From contig JBBSVV010000021.1 of the NCBI GenBank assembly GCA_038046625.1, positions 11,455 through 23,987 of the forward strand: a stretch of 12,533 nt of DNA. Reading direction: 5' to 3'. Of this stretch, positions 6,798 to 12,533 are shown one piece after another; position 1 is the first letter of the stretch; each line of letters begins with the position of its first letter. Source of the stretch: an archaeon (GTDB taxonomy: Archaea; Iainarchaeota; Iainarchaeia; Iainarchaeales; Iainarchaeaceae). Made by a program: the position numbers and the translations under genes. The notes below the pieces were generated by a model. The model made no database searches. It was not told the DNA's origin and worked only from the letters and a program-made list of their open reading frames with translations.

Positions 6798-9700
6798 TTA
6801 CTGCCCGGAATCGGCTTTCTTGCCGAAAATGCTCATTATTCCCGCAATAACCAGGGCAAGCACTATAATCAGGCCGAGCGCCAACCCTATGGTTGTGACG
6901 AGGTTCAAAAGCCCGGTTGAGCCTGTTTCCTGTGCCGCCGGGGTAACCCCGAACTGCAAAGGAATGTTCGTGTTTCCCGAGTCTGAAGCGACAAAGAGGC
7001 TGGTTTCAAGGTTTCCTTCATAACCGTTGTTTTCCAATGTAATTTGGATGTCCTCGCCACTTCTCCAGATGCCTTTTGAGACCTTTTCCATTGAAAGGCC
7101 TTCAGGCAAATCAATTGCGTCAATCTCCACATTTGCCAAATCTGTTCCATTGTTGCGCAGCACTATTGTGGCGTTTCCCTGCGTTGTTTCAGGCACGGTT
7201 ACGGCAGTTATTGACGGTCTCGCGGCGTTAACCTGTACATTGAGGGTGTTTACCCTTGTTTTGTTGCCGTAAGTGCTCCTGATTTCGGAAGTGCCCGAAC
7301 CATTTTCCTTTCCCCTGATTGAAAGCGTTACGCTCTGTGTCTGCTCCGGGGTGAGGCAAATGCTCGAATTGGAAAGGGTTGCGTCAAACTCAGGTTGGCT
7401 CGAAGCGCTCAGGCTTATGCATGTGCTGTCGCCGAGCCCGTTGTAAACCGTTATTGCCGCGCTTTTCGTTTCGCCTTTATTCAGCGCAACAGAGCTTTTG
7501 TCCAGCGTTACGTTCACGCTTCCGGATGCAATTCCACCCGAACCATTGCCGGTGCCGCCATCAGTTGTTCCATCTGCGTTGTCATCAACAGTAACCCTGA
7601 ATGTTTCCCTGATGTTTGTTCCGGAGCAGCTTCTTCCGTCGCTGAACCTTCCGGAAACGCGCACCTCAATGTCGCCGCTCCTGTCACTTGAAACATTCTC
7701 GGCGTCAATTCTGAGTTCAATATCTTCGCTGTTGCCTGCTGAAATGCTTGATCTCGGGTAATCATCAACCCTCGCGGAAAAGTACTGGTTTGTTTCGCTC
7801 GCGTTTACCGAGCTTATGGTGAAGCTCCTTGAAGAGCCATTGGTTATGCGCACAGTGTGCAGTTTCCTGCTGTTTTCCGGAACGGTTAGGTTCGAAGCGC
7901 TGAGTTCAATGTCTCCGCAAACCCCTGAATTGCCGCTTGAGCTTCCAGAGCCGTTGTTTTGTATCCAAACCCTAAATGTTTCGGTTATTTCGGAGAAACC
8001 GCATGTGTTCCCGTTCCTGAATTTGCCGCGGAGCTTTACCGTTACCGTTGCTTCGCGGTCGCCTGAAACCGAGAGGCTCCTGAGCCTCAATTCAACTTGG
8101 CCCGTGTCATCCGCATTGATGAACCTGTCGAAATCCTCGTCGCTTACCGTTAAATAAGTGCTGTTGTCGCTCACAGAAACGTCCGTTATTTCGAAATAAT
8201 CATTGCCGAGGTTCCTCGCATCAAAGGTAACGAGCTGCGAATCCAGTTCGTCCATAAAGATTGTCCGTGTTCCGATGTCAATGTCTCCGCAAACCCCTGA
8301 AGAGCCGCTGCCGCTTCCCGATTCGACCCTTACAGTGAGCGTATCTGAATCGGTTTGGCCGTCAGTGTCCTCTACCTCTATTGTAATTGTGCTTGTGCCT
8401 GTCTCGTCTTCTCTCGGGGCTTCGCAGCTCAAATAATGGTCGTCATCAATGAAGCAGTAAATGAGCGAAGTGTCTGACTGCCTTGAAATCCTGAAGTCAA
8501 GTTCCGAGTCCGAGTCTTCATCATCCGAAGCGTAGCTGAAGAGGTTGATTACCCTACTCCTGTCTCCGGCATTTTCCGGGATGCGAACATCGGGGAGGCC
8601 GCTTATTCTAGGCGCGTCGCTGTCATTGCCGTTGTTGTTTCCGTTCCGGTTAACCGTGATGTTTGCCGAGTCGCTCGCGCTCGCACCTTGAGGGTCTTCA
8701 ACCCTGATTGTTATCGTGTTCGTTCCGTTGGTGTTCTGCGAGGGCGCATTGCAGCTCACGTAGCGGTTGCTTTCAATGGAACAATTTATGAGTGAGGCGT
8801 TCGTCTGGGTGAGGCTGAATGAGAGCTGTGAACCAGCGCTTTCATCGTCGCTTGCATAATTGAAAAGGTCGATTATCCTTGACTGTGAACCCGATGTTCC
8901 ACTAACTTGTATGTCAGGAACACCGCTTATTCCGGGCGCGCTGTTGCCGCTTGTTATTGTTGCGCCCGCATAATTCGAGAGCGCCGACATGTTTGCGGCT
9001 CCGTCAACTGCCTGAACCTTGTAATAGTAAGTTCCCGGTGAAAGGCCCCTTACAACGTATGAGCTTGTCGGTGTTGCCGGGCTCGGGTTTTGTGATGTAG
9101 GGGGAATTGTTTCGTAATTGCCGTTCGCGCTTGTTGAAGTATAAACCAAATATCCGAGAACGCTCACGTTGTCGCTCGAGGAATTCCATGTGAGTGTTAT
9201 TTTGGAGTTCTGCGAATCCGCTGTTGCAATCAATCCTGTAGGGGTTGTAGGCGCTTGCGTATCGTTGTCATCTTCGCCGGCTTTTATTTGCCCGACTGTT
9301 CCCCTTTCTCTCGGGTCAAAATCTCTCCAGCCGACCGAGCCTGTAGGTATGTCCCAGCCGAGGCTGATGTCCGCGAATGATGCTCCGTTCTTTTTTATCG
9401 TTACCTGGTCGCCGTCAGCGTTCACTGTAACGTTGAATATGTCGCCATTGCTCAGGTTGCGCCCCGTGTCCACGAGGCCTTCGAATACCCAGTGGTTGTG
9501 CCCTGTCTGCGCCGAATGGTCGTACCTGTAAAAGTTGATGTAACCCTGCTCTTTGCCGATTACCGCGAGGAACGTGCCGTCGCTGAATCCGCCATTCGAG
9601 CCAAGAATGAAGCTGTGGTAAATTTCAGGAATCTCTATCGCTTTCCACTCGAATTCGTAAGGAGGCGTGAATTCGGTTGTTGAGTAAAGCAGTCCGTCCC

Positions 9701-9881
9701 TTTCCTCGTAAGAAACAGTTTCGGGGTCTGCTGTGTTAACTACGTTGTATGAAAGGTTGCCTGACGGAAGCGTGAGCCTCATGTTTGTGCCGTCAGTTGC
9801 CCAAGAACCAGTATAAGTAGTGGCTGCTGATGCCAGGCCCATAATGAGCACGGCGAATACTGCAAACAAAAATCTCTTCAA
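6798..9881 (-). CDS. Large modular surface protein: signal peptide, putative lectin-like (LamG/DUF1080-like) domain, fibronectin type III domain, two cadherin-like repeats, two Cys-bracketed Ig-like repeats, further Ig-like domains, C-terminal TM (1027 aa)
   Basis: Start reassigned to TTG 9881 (SD GAAGGTGGGG upstream; MKRFLFAVFAVLIMGLASA signal peptide). FN3 motif DTQAPTTPTGL...ITLTWNSSSDNVSVLGYLVY...GLSPGTYYYKVQAVDGAANMSALS at ~8955-9263. Internal repeats at ~8650-8945/8322-8621 and ~7960-8301/7585-7929. TM segment IGLALGLIIVLALVIAGIMSIFGKK. Confidence 0.88.
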   Translation of the reverse strand: MKRFLFAVFAVLIMGLASAATTYTGSWATDGTNMRLTLPSGNLSYNVVNTADPETVSYEERDGLLYSTTEFTPPYEFEWKAIEIPEIYHSFILGSNGGFSDGTFLAVIGKEQGYINFYRYDHSAQTGHNHWVFEGLVDTGRNLSNGDIFNVTVNADGDQVTIKKNGASFADISLGWDIPTGSVGWRDFDPRERGTVGQIKAGEDDNDTQAPTTPTGLIATADSQNSKITLTWNSSSDNVSVLGYLVYTSTSANGNYETIPPTSQNPSPATPTSSYVVRGLSPGTYYYKVQAVDGAANMSALSNYAGATITSGNSAPGISGVPDIQVSGTSGSQSRIIDLFNYASDDESAGSQLSFSLTQTNASLINCSIESNRYVSCNAPSQNTNGTNTITIRVEDPQGASASDSANITVNRNGNNNGNDSDAPRISGLPDVRIPENAGDRSRVINLFSYASDDEDSDSELDFRISRQSDTSLIYCFIDDDHYLSCEAPREDETGTSTITIEVEDTDGQTDSDTLTVRVESGSGSGSSGVCGDIDIGTRTIFMDELDSQLVTFDARNLGNDYFEITDVSVSDNSTYLTVSDEDFDRFINADDTGQVELRLRSLSVSGDREATVTVKLRGKFRNGNTCGFSEITETFRVWIQNNGSGSSSGNSGVCGDIELSASNLTVPENSRKLHTVRITNGSSRSFTISSVNASETNQYFSARVDDYPRSSISAGNSEDIELRIDAENVSSDRSGDIEVRVSGRFSDGRSCSGTNIRETFRVTVDDNADGTTDGGTGNGSGGIASGSVNVTLDKSSVALNKGETKSAAITVYNGLGDSTCISLSASSQPEFDATLSNSSICLTPEQTQSVTLSIRGKENGSGTSEIRSTYGNKTRVNTLNVQVNAARPSITAVTVPETTQGNATIVLRNNGTDLANVEIDAIDLPEGLSMEKVSKGIWRSGEDIQITLENNGYEGNLETSLFVASDSGNTNIPLQFGVTPAAQETGSTGLLNLVTTIGLALGLIIVLALVIAGIMSIFGKKADSGQ
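7906..8301. repeat. Exact 24-bp direct repeat TCAATGTCTCCGCAAACCCCTGAA at 7906-7929 and 8278-8301
   Basis: Read directly. Spacing is 372 bp (124 codons). It encodes SGVCGDI at the start of each of two tandem domains. Confidence 0.9.
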
Positions 9882-9902
9882 ATCCCCACCTTCAGTTAAC
9901 CA

Positions 9903-9921
9903 GTTACTACTGGATAGTAAC
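9903..9921. promoter_or_regulatory. Palindromic operator candidate GTTACTA-N5-TAGTAAC
   Basis: Perfect 7-bp inverted repeat lying over the predicted transcription start of the surface-protein cluster. Confidence 0.55.
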
Positions 9922-9937
9922 AATTGGTGCGGTATTT

Positions 9938-9958
9938 CTATTTAAAGCTTTTGTTTTG
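9938..9958 (-). promoter_or_regulatory. Promoter (BRE-TATA) of the 1027-aa surface protein gene
   Basis: Minus strand CAAAACAAAAGC-TTTAAATA (TTTAAA at 9941-9946), 60 nt upstream of the TTG start. Confidence 0.6.
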
Positions 9959-9980
9959 CGAAGGCTGGCTTCTATATTAC

Positions 9981-9994
9981 TTTTATTTATATTG
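9981..9994 (+). promoter_or_regulatory. Putative TATA box of the kinase gene (leaderless)
   Basis: TTTATA at 9986-9991, about 22 nt before ATG 10013. Confidence 0.45.
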
Positions 9995-10012
9995 AAAAAA
10001 CATTTGTATTCT

Positions 10013-10750
10013 ATGGTGAAAAATAAAGGCGGGGCATTCCGTCGGCAAGGGCAAAAGCGCAGAATTGCAGTGCGTGGCGCGAGAGCCGTGGTCGCGCGGC
10101 ATCGAAAGACGTTGGAATCTAAAATTGCCGGAATTATTTTAGCAAAACGGCCAAGGCCCGTGGTTGTAACCATTGATGGTGGCGTGTCTTCCGGAAAAAC
10201 GGATTTTGCGAAAAGGCTTGCACGGGAACTTGGAAGAAATTCCATAAAATGCGTTGTAATTGGTGTTGATGATTACGTGATTCCGCGGGCCGCAAGAAAA
10301 AAGCTTGGAGCCGGTTATTTTGATTTCAGGAATTGGTTTCGTTTGGATGTTCTCTCAAAAAACCTCGGGCAAATCCGTTCAGGAAAAACCATGGTGGAAA
10401 AACCGTCGTATAGCCATAAAACTGGCACAGATAAAGGGTTTCGCAGGCTGAGGATTCCTGTCAATGCGGTGGTAATAGTTCCCGGGATATTTACTTTGGA
10501 TGAGCGAGTCAGGAAATTCTCCGACTTGAAAATATTGCTGGACGCAGCCCCTGAAGAAAGGGAGAAAAGGGCGCTTAGAAGAGATCTGGAACGAAGCGGG
10601 ATACCGGAGAAAGAGACTTTAAGAAGGCTGGCTGAGGTATTTGAGCCAACTTATCGGAGGCACATAAAGGAAAATGCGGGGTTTGCCGATTTGGTAATTG
10701 ACAACACTGATTTCACAACTCCGTTGCTGAAACGAAATCTGAAAAACTAA
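10013..10750 (+). CDS. Uridine kinase / phosphoribulokinase-family P-loop kinase (245 aa)
   Basis: VVVTIDGGVSSGKTDFA (Walker A), GVDDY, KPSYSHKTG, VIVPGIFTL, DLKILLDA...R..R..RRD..R and ADLVI match the UK/PRK family layout. ATG 10013 is preferred over TTG 9956 because the extra region contains promoter-like AT-rich sequence. Substrate not assignable. Confidence 0.8.
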   Translation: MVKNKGGAFRRQGQKRRIAVRGARAVVARHRKTLESKIAGIILAKRPRPVVVTIDGGVSSGKTDFAKRLARELGRNSIKCVVIGVDDYVIPRAARKKLGAGYFDFRNWFRLDVLSKNLGQIRSGKTMVEKPSYSHKTGTDKGFRRLRIPVNAVVIVPGIFTLDERVRKFSDLKILLDAAPEEREKRALRRDLERSGIPEKETLRRLAEVFEPTYRRHIKENAGFADLVIDNTDFTTPLLKRNLKN

Positions 10751-10762
10751 GGGGCATTGCAA

Positions 10763-11335
10763 TCATTTCGCCTGCTTTTTCGAAATCATTGCTTTCAAAA
10801 GATCCGCCTTTGTAATGATTCCGACAATTTTCCCTTTCGAAACCACGCTGACCCCGGAGTAATGCGCGAGCATCGAGGAAATCAGCTCGAAAGGCGTGTC
10901 CTCGGTTATCTGCGGCATCGCCTCCTCCATCACATTCTCGACTTTCGAGGAGAGCACTTTTTCCGCGTCGCCCGAATTTATGTGTTCAAGCACGTTCTTT
11001 TCCGAAACCGTCCCGAGATTTTTGCCGTCGCTGATTACGGGCAATTGCGAAACAGAATTCTTTTCCATTAATTTTATCGCTTCGCGAAGCTCGGCCCCGG
11101 GTTTCACGCTTATGACTTTTGGGGTCATGAAATCCTTCGCCTTGAGCTGCTGGCCCTTGTGAATAATTTCGAAAAAATCAAAGAGCTTTTTCGCGTTCGA
11201 GTATGACGGAACGAGGTTTCCTGACTCTATTTTTGCGATTAGGCTCTGGCTAACTCCCGCCTGCTTTGAAAGCTCGGTCTGGGTTATTCCAAGGGCTTTG
11301 CGCCTGCTCTTGATTTCCGCGAGTTCGGGAAGCAT
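10763..11335 (-). CDS. XRE-family HTH plus CBS-pair transcriptional regulator (COG3620-like)
   Basis: IKSRRKALGITQTELSKQAGVSQSLIAKIESG..PSYS is an XRE HTH. AKDFMTPKVISV...AIKLM....SQLPVI...GTVSE and VENVMEE...V..KGKIVGIITKADLL form a CBS pair. SD GGTG upstream. Confidence 0.92.
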   Translation of the reverse strand: MLPELAEIKSRRKALGITQTELSKQAGVSQSLIAKIESGNLVPSYSNAKKLFDFFEIIHKGQQLKAKDFMTPKVISVKPGAELREAIKLMEKNSVSQLPVISDGKNLGTVSEKNVLEHINSGDAEKVLSSKVENVMEEAMPQITEDTPFELISSMLAHYSGVSVVSKGKIVGIITKADLLKAMISKKQAK

Positions 11336-11355
11336 TTTTACACCAAAAACAATCT

Positions 11356-11420
11356 TATTCCAATGTGAATATTAACGCCAGAAAATATTATTAAAGGTAT
11401 GCTGCTTATGTATGTAAGTA
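11356..11420. promoter_or_regulatory. Divergent promoter region between the CBS regulator and metK, with short palindromes
   Basis: TATTC-N6-GAATA at 11356-11371; CAGAAAA-TATTATTAAA (BRE/TATA-like) at 11379-11395; CTTA-N6-TAAG at 11405-11418. Confidence 0.45.
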
Positions 11421-11507
11421 TTCATTTGATTTTGCGGAGTTGTTGTTTGTGGATAGAAAATACCGGCCATACTTAGAAGCTGTAAGGGCTGGAGGGGGTG
11501 AGTTGCT

Positions 11508-12533
11508 ATGAAGAGTAGGAAATTCCTCTTCACTTCGGAATCTGTTACCGAAGGGCATCCTTGACAAGATGTGCGACCAGATTTCGGATTCAATCCTTGA
11601 CGCGATGATTAAGGATGACCCGGATTCAAGGGTTGCAGTTGAGACCGCGACCAAGACGGGCCTCATTCTTGTTTTCGGCGAAGTAACGACGAAAACCTAT
11701 ATAGATATCCAGAAAACCGTGCGCGAAACAATCAGGAACATCGGTTACTCTAACCCTTCTTTCGGGTTTGATGCGGATGCGTGCTCCGTTCTGATTTCCC
11801 TTTCCGAGCAATCTCCTGACATTGCACAAGGTGTGAATGAAACCACTTCAATGAGCAAGGAGCAAGGTGCCGGAGATCAAGGAATGATGTTTGGTTATGC
11901 GTGCAATGAAACTCCCGAGCTCATGCCTTTGCCCATAATGCTTGCGCACAAACTAACTATGCGCCTTGCAGAAGCCCGCAAGAAGAACGAGATTTCATGG
12001 CTGAGGCCTGACGGCAAGAGCCAGGTTACAATTGAATATGTTGACGGCAAGCCCATTCGCGCGGATGCAATTGTCGTTTCCGCGCAGCATTCTCCTGATG
12101 TTAAGCATTCGGAAATAGAGAAAACCGTGATTGAAAAAATCATCAGGCCTGTTTGCGGAAAGTGGCTTGACGAAAAAACGCGCTACTTCGTGAACCCCAC
12201 AGGTTCCTTTGTTTTGGGCGGCCCTGTTGCCGATTCAGGCCTTACGGGGAGAAAAATTATTGTGGACACTTACGGAGGAGTCGGGCACCACGGAGGAGGT
12301 TCTTTCTCCGGAAAAGACCCATCAAAAGTCGACCGCTCCGCGGCATACTTTGGCAGATACGTCGCAAAAAACATTGTCGCAGCAGGCCTTGCCGAAAGGT
12401 GCGAAATACAGGTCGCCTACGCGATAGGCGTCGCACAGCCCGTTTCGGTCTACATAAACACCTTCGGCACGGGAAAAATGCCCGATGAAAAACTAGAGCA
12501 GGTTGTGCACAAGGTCTTTGATTTCCGGCCCGC
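11508..12533 (+). CDS. metK: S-adenosylmethionine synthetase (methionine adenosyltransferase), bacterial/eukaryotic type, 3'-truncated by the window
   Basis: My translation: [31 protein letters not shown]...[10 protein letters not shown]...[12 protein letters not shown]...[10 protein letters not shown]...[62 protein letters not shown] at 11491-11501. Missing from the ORF track because there is no stop in the window. Confidence 0.97.

Noticed and set aside
7585..8945. Diversity-generating retroelement template/variable repeat pair
   Set aside because: The repeats are in-frame protein domain duplications, the differences are not adenine-specific, and no reverse transcriptase is in the window.
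9975..9984. TATTACTTTT also present at 59-68
   Set aside because: A 10-bp AT-rich match is expected by chance.
9882..10012. ORF-track extensions to 9923 (-) and 9956 (+)
   Set aside because: They run through the divergent promoter region. Better starts are TTG 9881 (SD plus signal peptide) and ATG 10013 (TATA spacing).
11372..12427. Short ORFs listed in the track across the right end
   Set aside because: They are shadows or alternate frames of the open-ended metK CDS starting at 11508.

Overview
Archaeal chromosomal DNA, judged from TATA/BRE promoters, GGTGA-type Shine-Dalgarno sites, and TrmB and XRE-CBS regulators. A DPANN-like (e.g. Iainarchaeota/Diapherotrites) origin is inference only. 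From left to right: a stem-loop at the window edge; a TrmB-family regulator (+) bracketed by an exact 16-bp direct repeat; a ~9-kb minus-strand cluster of four predicted type-I membrane surface proteins (signal peptide, Cys-containing Ig/cadherin-like repeats, C-terminal TM helix), the last three translationally coupled; a uridine-kinase-like gene (+); an XRE-HTH/CBS-pair regulator (-); and, divergent from it, a bacterial-type SAM synthetase metK (+) that runs off the window and is absent from the ORF track. The most interesting candidates are (1) a multi-component adhesion/surface apparatus with a MIDAS vWA domain apparently inserted inside an Ig-like repeat, a shared TG[F/L] pre-TM motif and a TrmB-like palindrome at its head promoter, and (2) a putative SAM-sensing CBS regulator-metK divergon. 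All domain calls are by eye; no searches were run.
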